DNA from: Chrysomallon squamiferum
Taxonomy: Eukaryota; Animalia; Mollusca
Assembly: GCA_012295275.1 (NCBI GenBank)
Contig: CM022665.1
Location: forward strand, 35,588,001 to 35,652,000
Direction of reading: 5' to 3'
Length of the DNA: 64,000 nucleotides
Shown: in pieces, positions 1 through 15,184 of the stretch
Layout of the letters: each line of letters starts with the position of its first letter
Position numbering within the stretch: position 1 is the first letter of the stretch
Notes under the pieces: model-generated
Seen by the model: the letters and a program-made list of their open reading frames with translations, nothing else
What the model was told of the DNA's origin: nothing
Database searches by the model: none
Translations under genes and position numbers: made by a program

Positions 1-3000
1 GACTCCCCGGGGTATATTTGGTCGAGTGGCAAGTCAGATGTGCTTTGTTAGTTAATCAAAGAGGAAATCATTATATTGACAGTCGTAATACATTTAGCTT
101 AGGAGTGTTTCTCAATTATTGGTATGTTCGCAAAATATTCTGTTGTGATGTCCCTGAACTAAAGTGTATGTGTGTTATGTTTGTTTATGTGTGTATATAT
201 GTATGTATGTATGTATATGTTTATATGCACGCATAAATTCATCTATGTGTAATTACATCTAAATATACATCTGTACTTATATCATTGTTATTGTCTGTGA
301 TGTTGTTGCTTTTGCAACTAAAATGTGGTTCCTAGAATTTGCAAAAGAAGTAATTTTTAGGACATGGATGATATATCAAATAACGATGAATACTTCCACA
401 TACGCTATGTTCACACAAACGTAATGTACACATAAATGCTTGATTATCATTGTGGAATTTAGTTCTTTTGCGAGGGATTATGACAAAGTTACTTTATTTG
501 ATCAATACCCTAAATCAAATGAACGGACGAAGTCTGACGGAATAGAAATGGAATTTTAGACCCGGGAGTTCAATATGTAAGTGACTTCAGTTTCAATCCC
601 ATAATAGTTTTCATGAAATATATGGTCGTTGCTTCTTTTTCTAGGTTCCGCTTTCCTTTTTTATCGTTTTCTGAAACACAAAGTAAGCAAATATCTGTAA
701 TAGTTTTCATAGATTTTTTTATTATGTGAAAATGGATTTTTTAAAGGTTCCTTAGACTGCAGACTTTTTATGATTTGAAAATACAGATCATTGGCAACCG
801 ACAATGTTTTTTTTTTTTTTTTTAATATTTGTTTTTATTACTATTATTATTATTATTATTATTATTTAGTTGCTGTTGGTGCCGTTGCTGTTTTTGACAT
901 CTTCATCAACATCAGCGTGAATATCATCATCATTAACCAAATAAACCGAACAATCATATACATACTCTGTTCTCACTTCCGTTCAATAGTACATTCTCTA
1001 ACCAACAGAAGACGAAGTATTAGGATAGAACCTTTGCTACGTTTATCAAGTTAGACGTCAAACTGATACTAATGAAACAAAATTCTTGCATATCATTAAA
1101 CAAATTCCTTTTATTTAAACTTCAAGGTCAAAATATTCTGCCATTTTTATTTCATTGTGAACTCTTCTCCCTACACCATTTGTTTCTGGGGTTTTTTTTT
1201 TTTTTTTACTTTCACGTAACCAGCCGAGTTCTTCAAAGGAGAAAAAAAAAAGTAAAGATAAACATCAGCCCTGAATCGGCTTCTCGACGCTAGGAATAAC
1301 TGACAGTATTACCGCATGATTATGAGAAAACCAATTTAATTTACTTTACTGCTGTGCAACAAATGACCGCATATGTTCCCTGGCTAATGCGTCACATGTG
1401 GTACACGTGCATCCAATCAAGCCACAGTTTGGAGTTAGGAACTCTTCAGAAGTCGAGCATGAAATTCGAACGCCGTCAGCCATAACATAGTTCTTAGTCG
1501 TCTGTTAAAAATTTCTACTTGCCACGGGGCAGAAATACGAAAACCCGTCCAATTATTTTGTAGGAATTTCAAAATAACAATGTTGTTTGGAAGAATTTAC
1601 TGACGGAATGCATGTTTGTACGTGATCTGTATTCGTGGACATGTTTGAACGGGTGTGAGTGTTTGTGTACGTATATGTGTCTAAGTAAATACATATATTT
1701 ATGAGTGTTTGTATAATAAGTAGCAGAAAAGAGAAACAGCAGTATGGCACACACACACAAAAAAAAAGAAGATATAATCTTGAAAATGTTATCTGATACT
1801 TGTAAAGAAAATAAGAAGAAAAAATATACACCCCCCCCAAAAAAAAAACATTGTCGCAGAAATAGCACCCATACACAATGATTTTTAGCGCGAATAACTA
1901 GTTTATAATGAAATGATGAGGTCTTCACACTTTATATTGTTAGGTATGTAGTGGAAGAATTAAAAAGAAAGGTTCCAATTTTATTATAGTTACAAGCTGA
2001 TTTCTAGAGTCTGTCTCTAATACTGGCTTGCAAAAGTCGTGTCAGTTTCTATTTCTCTAAGAGGTCACACTTAATGAGATATCTCCAAGATGTTGCTGTC
2101 AGTTTTAACCTTAACCATACAAATCACCGGAAACTGAAAACAACAAGAACTGAGATAATAAGAAGACTCCAATATCAGATTTCAAAAGTTTCCAAGAATT
2201 CCACAACCTGAACTCTAGATACTTCCTATTTATGACAAAATAACAGAATTAAATTGTAAAATATCCTCTAATGATCTTCAGTAGAAAGAGGAAGATAATC
2301 ACCGTGTTATTATTACAACTACTATAGTTAACATCACCGCTACCTCTACAACTCCTATCACCACCACCACAACTACTTCTACTACTATTATTACCACAGC
2401 AATCACTGCCGCCACTAAAATCGTCACCACAAACAACACCGTTACTATTACTACTGCTATCACAATTAACCATCACAATTAACCAATATCATTGTTATTA
2501 CTATTATAAAAATTTTTTTCTTAATATTGTTGTTTATTAATCTTGAAATGCACTCTTAGCCTTATTCTTCACAAAATAAAATCACGCAATGAGAACAACA
2601 AAATCCATTTCGCTAACATAGCGTATCCTTATAGAAAACTAAAATTCTGTTAAAATTGATGAATTTTGCAGAACGCAGTGACACCATACACAAAGACCAT
2701 CACCACCTGCCACAAGCGTTTGAACATCCGTCACGAACTGTGATTTACAAGGAGCCATAAAAACTTCTTTTCTTTAATGGTTGTTTTCCCTCTTGTAAAA
2801 GTTCCGACCGTTATCGCTACAAACTGTTGATACTGTGGCTCATTCTCTGTTAAAGCAATTCCGTGCCCTCGTCATAACGTTGAAGGAATCATGTTTAAAC
2901 ATCTGTGAAGATAACTTGGACAGTAGTAAAAATTTTGTTCCTTTTTTTTTTTTTTTTTGGTAATGATCGGCTATTTTCGAACACCGACTCCTATGAGTCG

Positions 3001-3728
3001 AAGTACATGTTTTGTGAGTTAAAAACGTGTCGGCGTAAATTGTACGTGAACGTTTTTCAAAAGAATCATTTTCATGAATCGTTTCATCTCTGTGACTGCT
3101 TAGCGCCTACACGTAAAGGTAACCAGGTCCGTGATTATGTTTTCGGAAATTCGTTTTTGAGTTTGAAGAGGAAAAAAAAGTAAGAAGAAGAGGAGATAGA
3201 TACTACTGTAACTACTACCACTACAACTACTATTACTACTTCTACCATTTCTGTACTACTTCTAGTGCTGTTATTGTTATTATTATCAGTAGTGGTAACA
3301 GAAGTAGCAGTGGTAGTAGTAGTGGCAGTTGTAAAAGCCTCAGCAGCAGACTGTTCTGTGGGTTCTATCTCTCTAGATATTTATTTATAAATTTATTATC
3401 TATTAAGTTATTGTTATTCCACTGTATTGTCCATCTAAATAATAATTAATTCATTATTCTTTCTTGCTTTCCTTCATTCACTGGAATCAAAGTGAAAATC
3501 ACAACGTATGTCCTTTTACTAATTATGCTTATTTCACTGGCACGCAGAATATATTGTTATATTATTACATGACCTTAGCCCGAACATCAAACCACGTTTC
3601 ACTGATTAAGAAAAGGGCTAAGGAGAGATTCAGACAAAGAGAAACAAAAAGAGAAAGAAAGAGAGAGAGAAGGGGAATACGAAATATAGAGAGAAAACAC
3701 CAATTATTCTTCAGACAGACAAATAAAC

Positions 3729-3856
<128 letters not shown>

Positions 3857-4578
3857 TCCCCCAATCCCCCCAAAAAAATACAGTACGGTAAAAGGCATGA
3901 ATAAATGTGGGTTTGAAATTTTATTTGCTATTCGACTGTAGCGTGGAGGTAGAATCCGTGCTAGCATATAAACATCGTATCTAGTAAAAGTAATTAGAAT
4001 GTCATATAAATCATAGTATGCGATTAAGCAAACAATTTCTCAAACAATTATAACTCACGCCTCATTTCTCTGTGACAAGAATTCTTCCGACAGAGACAAG
4101 TAGAGCGTTAGTTAGAATTAATTCCAACCAATGTATTTATCTCAGTAGTTCTGTGTCAATTATTCTTATAACTAATAGTCAACAAGCGTCCAGTTAGCTT
4201 AGAAACGATAAAAATAAAAAGTATTCAGTGTTTTGCGTGAGAGTTTGTGTGTGTGCGTCAGCCGAATGTCTGTTTTACGAAAGAAAAGTCAAGTCATAAG
4301 AGATTTATATTATTATATCCAACAGAAAATAAAGTAGTAATGAATAATACAGAAAGAAAAAACAAAACAAGCACACATCCAGAGAGACATGCAAACAGCC
4401 AAATTTACAGCACCAATAAACATCCGTAAATATATATAGTTTCCCAACCATTATCTAAGCCATCTTAAGCAAGTTTCTATAAAACCTTAATATTACGTTA
4501 ACATTCTTCATAAAAGAAAGTACAAATTAAAGATAACAATACTAAAATAAAATTATAATTTAAAATTAATTCACTTAC

Positions 4579-4920
4579 CTATAACCGAACAATTGGTTTT
4601 AAATCCACAGAAAAATCATACTAAAGAAATAAAACAGTCCAGAAAATAGTTATCGGCTAGAACTAACGCAAATAGTTTTCACGAAGAAACTTTCTCAACA
4701 TCCAAGAGCTGTAATGTATATCAGATGCCGAGACGCCTGGCGAGTTCCGTGATGCTTCGAGACCGAGGTATACCTTAGCGTTAAGTCGTCAGCTCCCGAA
4801 GATCGTGCGGGAACATTTGGCGAAAGGTGATGCGCGCGATTCCTTGTGTGTGCGTTGTTCTGGAAGCGTCCAAATCATTTCCCGGGGTGATCACGTGGTG
4901 GAAACGGCGCTAAGACCGAA
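4579..4920 (-). promoter_or_regulatory. Probable promoter and non-coding first exon of a minus-strand gene that continues beyond the left edge of the window
   Basis: Perfect splice donor on the minus strand (AG|GTAAGTG; + strand cacttacct at 4572-4580). Immediately upstream is a CpG-rich island (~4725-4915) with E2F-like GCGGGAA and TTTGGCG, a GCGCGCG run and a CACGTG E-box. No coding exon was found between 1 and 4578. Confidence 0.5.
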
Positions 4921-5613
4921 AGAAGCAACTCCTTGCAAAATGGATCAATATGCCGCACTCAGAAGAAAAGATGACTTCTTGAGCACTTTACGAGGGATTA
5001 AGCACTTGTATTCATTTAACCTAACTCACCAAGAGGCCGTCTCGCACCTTATAATCCAAATCTCTAACTCTAGCCGACCTGTTTTATAACTAAAAATTAA
5101 AAAAGGCAGAAAACAATTACTATTACCTAGTCCACTTTTATTCAGCTTTCTACTTTGGCTGAGAATTGACATAACAAGAAGTACTTGTTTCCCAAATGAT
5201 TTGCCCTGTAGACGTGGTCAGAATTATGTCGTGGCTGTTTGATGTTCTAACATTAACCAGTGTTGGCATATCATGGTACTTGAACCTCTGTTTACGACGG
5301 GCTCGCGGGCGGATTCGTCTTTTATAGATGTTTGCTGGTTGACGCTGTTCCACTTGTAACACCACTCTAAGATGGTTAGTACGCAGACTTCGCTGTTTCT
5401 GACAGGCCAATTATAGTTATTTACATCTCAAACGCAAATTGTTATTAAATAACAAACAGAGCAACGTTATAAATCATTTCATAAATTTAATGGGTGATAA
5501 AATATAGCATTCACAGAAACGTCGACAGTTCAAAATACACTCGTACGTACATGTGTATGTGTGTATATATTTATATATATATATGTATGTAGGTAGGTAT
5601 GCATGTGTATATG

Positions 5614-5654
<41 letters not shown>

Positions 5655-6239
5655 ATATATACATGTATGGATGTATGTATGGATATAAATGTATGAATGT
5701 ATCTACGTATGTTTGTATGTACATATCTATGTATGTGTTTATTTATTAGCTAACAAACTAACAATCTAGTCAGATAACATTAAATCTTCATTCTCGGTGC
5801 TTGTTTTATAGTTCGAATGTCATTATATCTTTTGTAAACTAGAATATTCTGTTAACAGATTCGTTCATACTTGTAATCTCAGTTAATGGTTTGAGTATTC
5901 CTGTGTGCTGGATTCTAAACACTGCATTCATAAAATTAATTTTGTAGACTCGATTCTATTGGATGGATCCTGAAGTCCTCGAATCTGTAACAGGAATTCG
6001 AAGAGGCCACCAAAGAGGTTACAGAAAACATCCATTACAAGTGATCTGTGTTTAACATACTGCTTAAAGGGAAATAACCTGGTCACAGCAAAGTTGACCT
6101 CTATCTCGATAATTCACATGTACCACGCTAACACTCCCACTGGTATATCTGCTGCTGTGTTCTTGTTTAACACAGGATTTATTTAAACAATCACCAGAGC
6201 TCGGCTAGGGTGTAATTAAACTGTCCTGCATTCCATTAT

Positions 6240-6950
6240 TGTTGTTACTGTTATTATTATTATTATTATTATTCGTAGTAGTAGTAGTAGACAACGTAGT
6301 AGACGTAGTAGTGTAGTAGTGGTAGGAGCAGTAGCAATATCAGTAGTAGTAGTAGTAGTAGACAACGTAGAAGATGTAGTAGTGTAATAGTATAAGTAGA
6401 AAACGTAACAGACGTAGTAGTGTACTACTAGCAGTAGCAGTAACAACAGCAGTAGTATTTGACCATTATTGTTACTTGCTGCTGCTGCTATCATCACCAT
6501 TGCTACTACTATTTCCACTACTACTATATACTACTACTACTACTACCTCTACCACTACTACTCTTTCGTCGTCTTCTACTACACTACTCCTGTTACAACA
6601 ACAACAACAACTACTACTACTACTACTACTATCACTACCTCTATCACTACTACTCTTTCTTCTTCTTCTTTGTTACTACAACTTCTTTCTGCTACTACCT
6701 GAAGTACTATTAGTCGTATTATTATTGCTACCATTCATATTATTTATTTTTATTACACGCTAGATATTAACATCAGATTATTAGTAGTAGTACCACTACT
6801 GCTTCAACTACTACTACTACTTCTACTACTACTTCTGCTACTACTATTAATACTTTTAGAGCTTCTGCTGCTGCCATTATCACTACTGACCTATCTCCTC
6901 CTGCTATTATTGTTGCAGTTGTTGCTGTTGTTGTTATTATTATTATTTTA
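6240..6950. repeat. Compound trinucleotide repeat region (ATT/AGT/ACT/AAC/GCT)
   Basis: Direct reading; source of the poly-T/Y/L ORFs at 6216-7012. Confidence 0.9.
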
Positions 6951-8054
6951 TAACTGATTTGTAGAGGATTTTGAAGGCACACAATAAATATTTGAAGATG
7001 CATAAAGGACAAATTTATAGTATATATAAATGTATTTTAGATTTTTTTTAAAAAGAAAATTGTTACATTTAATTAAAAAGACATAGGAAGAATATTCAAT
7101 ACTTATTTTTTGCAAGAAAGTAACGAAATAAAAATGGATACTTTTAACAATTAGATTGCTTTACGAAAATACTTTTACTGTAACCGACAGACTGACAGAG
7201 AAACTGGAACGCAATAACTATAAATTTCTTGTAATTAATCTTTTTCGTCCACGAAAGTAACCGAACCGTGAGTGCAGCAAAATGAAATAATGTCTCTTAT
7301 TTTTAATTTTTTCCTCTTTTCTTTTACTGAAACTTCTGCTAATGTAATAAACGTATAATTTCATTTTGTTCTTTCTTCGTCTTATTTTTTTCCCACCGTT
7401 CTTTCTCCTTTTTCTTTGTACAAATTGGAAACGATAAAAATTTCTACGACATTAAAGTGATTGCATTACGGGAGCGAGTGTGGTGACACATGAAGGAGTT
7501 TTGATGGTTCTGGAGGGCAGTGTGTTTTGTTCTGTCGTGTGAAGTGGGATGCGTTCTCTCGTGTGCTGTAAAAGCACGCGTGGATTACAAAACACAAATG
7601 ACAAATGATTAGAAACAAAATGAGAAAAAGCTGAACTGTGTAACTGGTAGATTTACAATCGAACTTCATTTCTTTGTCATTCTTTTTTCTTATTTCATTT
7701 TTCCCTTCTTCCATTTTCTTTATGTTCAAGTTTTTCTCTCTCTCTCTCTTTTTTTACCCTTTATAATATAATAATGCTATTTTCTTTATACTAATCACAT
7801 CCTTTTGTTGTTATTTTATCGTTTTTATTTTCTTTCTTTTTTCTTTTGTTTTTCTTCTACTCTGATTGTACTAAAAATCGAAACTGAAATATATCATATC
7901 TGTGGTATTCAAATTTAAGTGTTGTTTTAAAATAAAGAACATATTCAAAATTATGAATAAAATAATTTCTTAATATTAATTTTTGAAATTAAGGAGTAAA
8001 AAGAAATCAATGGCACAGTGCCTTTATGTCCCCCAAAATTTGATAATAATAATG

Positions 8055-8122
<68 letters not shown>

Positions 8123-8545
8123 GAAGGAAAGAAAGAAAGAAAGAAAACCAACAACAATAACAACACAACCATTATAATAACTATTTAAGTATTCATAAAC
8201 AAATTGACTCTTTGGCGTATCTTATGTTTTTACCAAAAAATAAAAATAAAATAAAATAAAAACTTTTACACAAAAATTATAAGTCAGTATGTATAGTAAT
8301 TTTAGCTGCGTATTTTTCTCCTGGAATGGAAAAAATGATTTACGCACTCTTTTCACAGAAGTCATGTGCTGCAGGTCATATACATATCAACATACACAGC
8401 TGCCAGCTCGTTCAACATATCTGTTTTCTGAAATTTCTACAGAAATTAGCTGTTACTGTGTGAGGGTTGGATCCGTACTCCCTTTATTTCTTATCTTGTT
8501 TGTAAATTAAAACATTCTCACGACCTTTCAGATCATTATCAAATG

Positions 8546-8577
<32 letters not shown>

Positions 8578-9199
8578 GTATGTGTCTCTGTGTATGTGAT
8601 AGAGAAAAATAACATGTTTGTAAAATCTTAATGGATTTAAAATTCTTTGGATGCGAATGTCTTGTTTTTAGAATATGTCTCTTTTTGTTGGAATTATATT
8701 TGTAGGTAGTTATATTTTATCAAATGTTTTTGGTTAGGCTATGCATTGTTGTTGTTGCTGTTAACATCTAATTTAGTTCATACATGAAAGTGACAAATAC
8801 ATCCAACAAAAGAAAAATGAGATGGAATAAATAATAAGAATAATAATAATAAGAAGAAGAAAAAGATGAATTATGATGATGATGATGATAATATTTTAAC
8901 TATTTCAGCGAATGCTAGCAAAGATTTTGTCACAGTTTTTAATGTCTGTCTGCACTCGTTATTATAAGCGTCTGCTGCTTTTATGTTCTTCATTGTCTGG
9001 TTTCTTTTTCTGTTTTATTTTCTAATTTCTGGTTCCATTGTTTTATGCTGTTAGTTGTTACTGTAAAACATTCACGACTTTCGGCGACTATCTGTAATAA
9101 AATTTTCATACCTTTTTGCAATAAGCAAACTAAAATTCGTGTTTTTTTTTTTGTGTTTTTTTCTGCTGACACTAACAAGCCTAAAGACATGTATCAGTA

Positions 9200-9510
9200 C
9201 ATTTGGCGAGATCACGCGAGATCAGCTAGTCACAAATCCAACTTGATGAAATAACGTCACGCCGGAAGTGTCGCCATTAGTTTACTGGACGACAAGAAAT
9301 CCATTTCCTGGAAGAACTTTTTTTTCAACTGATTGTCCAAAGGAAGTATTGCGTGTTAGGACATTACTAAACTGAATGAGATTTTAACACGTTTCTTCAA
9401 GGCATGGCTGTTTACTGAGAAACCATGGCGTTCTGATTTCAGGGTATTTTGCTTTCGTCAAATTGCCTCTAACTATCCGTCATTATTAGTTCTTGAACGG
9501 AAGTGGCTTG
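9200..9510. promoter_or_regulatory. Promoter- or enhancer-like CpG-rich island
   Basis: GCGAGATCACGCGAGATC tandem motif, ACGTCAC (CRE-like) and two ETS-type CGGAAGTG sites (~9263 and ~9498) in a locally GC-richer patch. Confidence 0.35.
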
Positions 9511-10653
9511 CATGTTAGTAAGATGTAGTTGTATAATAATATTTAGGGGACTTTCTTTAGAAAACTTAATGCGTAGATTTTGTTGGAAAAATATTCAAAA
9601 ATTAATATTTGTAAGTTAAATATAGCTGTTATTTATGGATCCGTTCGGTTTATTTGCCAGTCTGTGTGCGTGTTTGTGTGTGAATGTGTGTCTGTGTGTG
9701 TGTGTTTGATGTTTGTATCTATTTGTATGTATATATGTATGCATCTGTCTGTCTGTATGTAACGTAAGTTTGTAAAAAGGTTTGTTTGTATAGTCTCAGT
9801 TATCTTTAAGCTTTTTTATTTCAGACAGACTTGAACACTGTATTTTTGTTCCTATTTGTATATCAGATTTCAATTTGAAAATGAAAATTAATAAGTTCGT
9901 AAAATAAAAATTCATGTAACTTTCATCAGTATGCTCCCACGTAATAAATCATTAAAAAGTCATTAGAATTAAGATACGTGAGATTTATTAAAATCAGGAC
10001 ACTTGAGATTCGTTTAAATTAGGATAGTTCAGATATTGCTAAACTGATTCTCGTCTTAAAGAAATGAGCTACAAAACTCTTTACATTTTCTGATATATAA
10101 AACGAAGGAATTTTAAGACAGCACGTTTCAGTATCGCGTGTCTTACCAATTAAAAAGAAATCTATTTTTTATCGATAACTCTGACTTTGGCGTCGTCAAA
10201 CAAATGTGCTACATACACTTTTCGGTTGTTTTTCAAAGTATTTTCAAGGTTGAAAAACACATCTTAAAAAAAAAGAAAAGAATTCAGTCATGAAACTCTG
10301 GTCGTGGGAAATGATAATTAAATTTGACCCCAAAGACACATGGATCTCGCCAACGATAAACAGTTTAAATTCCGATGCTCGTTTATTCCTGCTTTCAAAC
10401 ATTTGGCTATATCTCTGAAATGAGTTTTAGATTTACAAGTATTTTGTGTGGCATAAAAGCGAGATATCCACAGCTGTTTCTCTGTATATAAATATTTTTA
10501 ACGACAGTAACGTTCACTTTTGAGCTAGGGGATTAAGATGAAAGTTTATGTGGAAGTTTATTTTTGTTGCACCTGAACACTAAATGACTAAGTATATGCA
10601 CTTATGGGTTCGGGATTTTTTTATTTTTTTATTTATTGATTTATTTATTTTTA

Positions 10654-10690
<37 letters not shown>

Positions 10691-10911
10691 TCTTCTTTTC
10701 TTTTTTGAGTATGAAAGAAATTATTTGCATACTTTGGTGGTTTTCAAATGTGTTGTATGTTTGTCTGTGTCGAATATGCTTAACCTAGAGAGAGATACGT
10801 AATCATGTTCTATGAGATGTATCTTGTGTCACTTTTAATATCTTACTTTCTTATTATTAAATGATCATGACTGAACACGAATTTGTTGTGTAAAATTAAA
10901 TTCAGTTTCTG

Positions 10912-11029
<118 letters not shown>

Positions 11030-11756
11030 AGAGAGCGAGTGTGAGATAGAAAGCGAAGGAGAGAGACAGAAAGAGAGAGAACTAATTATTAGCTCTAACA
11101 GTTTAATGCCAATCATAATATTATCATTTTTTTATCAACTCCCTTCAAAAGAAAATTAACACTAGCTTTAAGCCAAGGGATGCATGCAGCTTTCAATTAA
11201 ATCTCGCGGATACGTGTCTTCCATGTTTTGATAAAACGTTTCTAAAGTCATCGGGGACACAATTTTGCTCTTCAGAATCGACTTCATGATTGATGTGCCG
11301 TTCCCAGAGCATATTCTCACCGTGGCGAACAATCAAATGTTTTCACCTATCGGCACGCCATTTATTAATGGAGTGAAAAATCACATTTAGCAGAATGACA
11401 ATCCACTACATCATTTCCGAATCTTCCGCTTCTGTGAGTGATTAATAAATATTTAAATATTATTGACAACTGCAAGTTTATAAATGATGTTATTCTTTGT
11501 GCATGTCATGGCTCATCTGCATATCATATGAATTGAAACTGATATAAAAAGCCTCGATTTACGCATCTAAATAGTTATGTAACACACACACACATATACA
11601 CATATTATATTCATACATATATACATGCATATTATAAAATGATCAAATTTTGTTTTGTATTGAAACTAAAAACGGGTAAGAAGAAGAAGAAGAAGAAAAA
11701 GAAGAAGAAGAAGAAGAACAACAACAACAACAACAACAACAACAATAATATTATAA

Positions 11757-11795
<39 letters not shown>

Positions 11796-11879
11796 AGTTG
11801 GGGCTGAAAAATGTAAGAGAATCCCCTCTCTTCTGCTAAGTGAAGCATTTCCTTATTCGTGCATACATCAATATAAGAC

Positions 11880-12215
11880 AGCATTCGGATCCAGGCTGTT
11901 CCAATTATAACTAGTTTTGTTTCTCAACCTGGCGGCCATTTTCGTTTCGCCTCCGGGGTCGATTTCATTTCGCTAAGTGACATGATCTCATAGTTTTGTA
12001 AGTATCACTTTTCGAATTTTCTGTGCATGTTGGTACTCCCTAACTTACTGCCAGTGATTTAACAACTATAATTAGGCCCTAACTCTATGGTTATACAAAA
12101 CTAGATTCATCGATCCGGGCTCTCGGTGATTAGTGGCCAAGTGCCGTGAGATCACGCGCAGTTAGCACGCAGCGGCGAGATCTAGGGTTAACTTCGTGTC
12201 AGAGGTCAGGTACAT
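11880..12215. promoter_or_regulatory. Promoter-like CpG-rich island with YY1 motif
   Basis: GGCGGCCATTTT (YY1 consensus) at 11931-11942, GTAAGT at 11998, GAGATCACGCG and GCGAGATC at ~12148-12182, and an AGGTCA half-site. Confidence 0.35.
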
Positions 12216-12438
12216 TATAGATGTACTTTTTGGGCATGTGAATAAACCAAGTCAAAATTTGGCAGAATTTGTCGATATAAATTATACGTCAGAAAAAAAA
12301 GAATCCAAAAACAAATGAAAAAAGGAGAATTTTCAAGCACCGCAAAACAAAAAAAAAAACGACAAACAAAATTTCTCAGTCCATTTCGCTATTTTTGAGC
12401 ATGTGAATAAACCAACATTGTTTTCTTGTTCTTAGATT

Positions 12439-12441
<3 letters not shown>

Positions 12442-12528
<87 letters not shown>
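12442..12528. repeat. (CT)n microsatellite
   Basis: Direct reading. Confidence 0.95.
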
Positions 12529-12530
<2 letters not shown>

Positions 12531-13854
12531 TGCTTCTACAACAATATTCACCTCTTTTTTGCGTTTGGCTGAAGACTTCTGATTTTAACTATAAATGACG
12601 TCTACATTTGATCCTGCGACTTTGTGAACGATGTCGCAAAGCGATAAACCCAACAATGTTGTTGTGGATCAATTACATGGAACACTGGAATCATCAACTG
12701 CCTTGATGGTCTCTGAATGGCGCAGATCAATATAACTGTCACCTTGTGTTATAATCATGCCCGTCACAAGGTCACGGGAGAAAAAGAAGAAATTGTTATT
12801 GTCTGTAACACAATATTTGAACAATTCATGGTCATAGTTATTATCATCAGAATAATCATCATTATTATTTTTTCTTCTTCTCTGGCGTCTTTATCTTCTT
12901 TTTTCTGTCATTAATATCATTTTTCTTTTATTTTTTTAATCAGATTTGATATTATCGTCTTTTTCATCGCTATCACCATTTCATATTTTTATATTTTATA
13001 TTATTAGTGGTAGCGGCAGTAGTTATAGTAAAGTAACAGTAATAGTAGTACTACTGATAATTATCATTATTATTATAGTAGTGATAATAATTACTCGTTG
13101 TTGTTGTTGACGTTGTTATAGTTACAAGCGAAAGTATATACGTATATATATATCTGAGTTTTTTGTTCATTAAAACTTTACAGATTATCTTCTAATAAGC
13201 ATTTAATAAATAAATAAAATTATGAAATAAAATAAAACAACAAATCAGTTAAACAAACAAGCAAACAAAATCTTGATCTCTTTATCTTCAGTCTCTCTGT
13301 TTTGGACAGCTCCAGTCAGTACACGTTAAGAAGTAAATACACGTTATGGCGAATCATATCAAATTTTTGGCCGGTTAATTGTGATCTGCTGGTCTTGAGA
13401 TAACATGCAAGACTGGACATGTGACCAATCAATTACAGGACCATGTCATTAAGTACATCGTTATTTAGCTTTATGGGTTAATCAATGAGACAAAGTACTG
13501 TTATATTAAGAACACCGAGGCGTAAACTTGCGGATGAGATAAACACAAAGATATGTACATGTAGATAGAGAAAGAAAAGACGGAGTTAAACGGACAGACT
13601 ACTGCACGTTGTTGACAACTTATGAATCAGAATTTTAAACAGAACAAAGCAACAGAAAAACAGACACAGAGACAAAGAAAGATATAGATAGATAGATAGA
13701 TAGTGAAGAGAGTGAGTTAGAGAGAGACAGATAGACAGATAGATATCTAGATAGGGAGGGAGGGAGGGAAGGAGAGGGGGAGAGAGAGAGAGATGGAGAG
13801 AGAGAGAGAGAGAGAGAGCGTGTGTGGTGGGGTGACGACAGGAATTAACGTGGA

Positions 13855-13894
<40 letters not shown>

Positions 13895-14540
13895 CATACA
13901 CACATGCATACACAAACATACACAGACACACAAACATAAACACACGCACATACATACAGACACGCACTAATTGCCTTGCATAAAATGAATCTTAACAATA
14001 TAATACCAGTGTTACTCAAATTATTTTTATTGTTACTCTACTGTTATTTTTATGTATTTATGTTTTATTTTGTTTATTTAGGATTAATTCTTGTTTTTTG
14101 GTTTTTGTTTGTTGTTGTTGTTTTTGTTGTTCTTATTATATTTTGAATTTGAATTTTTATTTTTTGTATTCATGCATTCAGTATTGAAACATATGAGTTA
14201 TCGAGTATAATTTCAGCCGGTGATGCATCAATTACAACCCTATTCATTTTTGCCAGAACATTTAGCAATCAATCGTCGCAAAGAAAATGGCCTTTTGTCA
14301 TATATGACCACAGTGTATTTTCTATTATAATCAATATAATGCAGACACATATATTATTACGTGTAATAGCTTTCTGTGTGGTTGGGGAATCGTCTAAATG
14401 TGTTATGCTGTCGACGCTATCCCAAGAGATCGGCACTGTAAAAAGAAACAAAATCTAAATGACTTTCCAAAGCAAAGCTATATATTTTTTTTTATTATTC
14501 TTTCTTTTTTTTTATTTTTTTTTAATTTTTTCAATTTTTA

Positions 14541-14583
<43 letters not shown>

Positions 14584-14621
14584 ATTATTATTATTATTTA
14601 TTTATTTATTTATTTGTTTGT

Positions 14622-14676
<55 letters not shown>

Positions 14677-15089
14677 TTATTATTATTTTAATTTTTGTCT
14701 TGGAAGGAAATGACCTATTTTTTTCTGTTGCTTGGAAATAGAAATAGAAATACATATATACACACGTGCACACATTATTAACCTTCAGTAATCTGTGTCA
14801 CGGTGGCAAATCATGTTTTCAGAAATAATAAAATTGTGTACAATTTTATAATTGTCAAAAATGTCAGTTTTTTTTTGTTTTTTTCTTAGATGAATGATGA
14901 TATTTATTAAATCGTAAAGGTCTTTGATTTATGAATTTAAAAGATTCAAGAATTAAATTTCAATAAATTATTTCAAATTTCTTTGAATATCGTTCTTCCT
15001 GAATTGTAGTCTTTTAACATATAACTTTAAGGCAGGACTATCCCATTTTATTATTAATGTAAATAAATGGTGTTTTCTTTAGAAAGAGC

Positions 15090-15094
<5 letters not shown>

Positions 15095-15181
<87 letters not shown>
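15095..15181. repeat. (CT)n microsatellite
   Basis: Direct reading. Confidence 0.95.
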
Positions 15182-15184
<3 letters not shown>

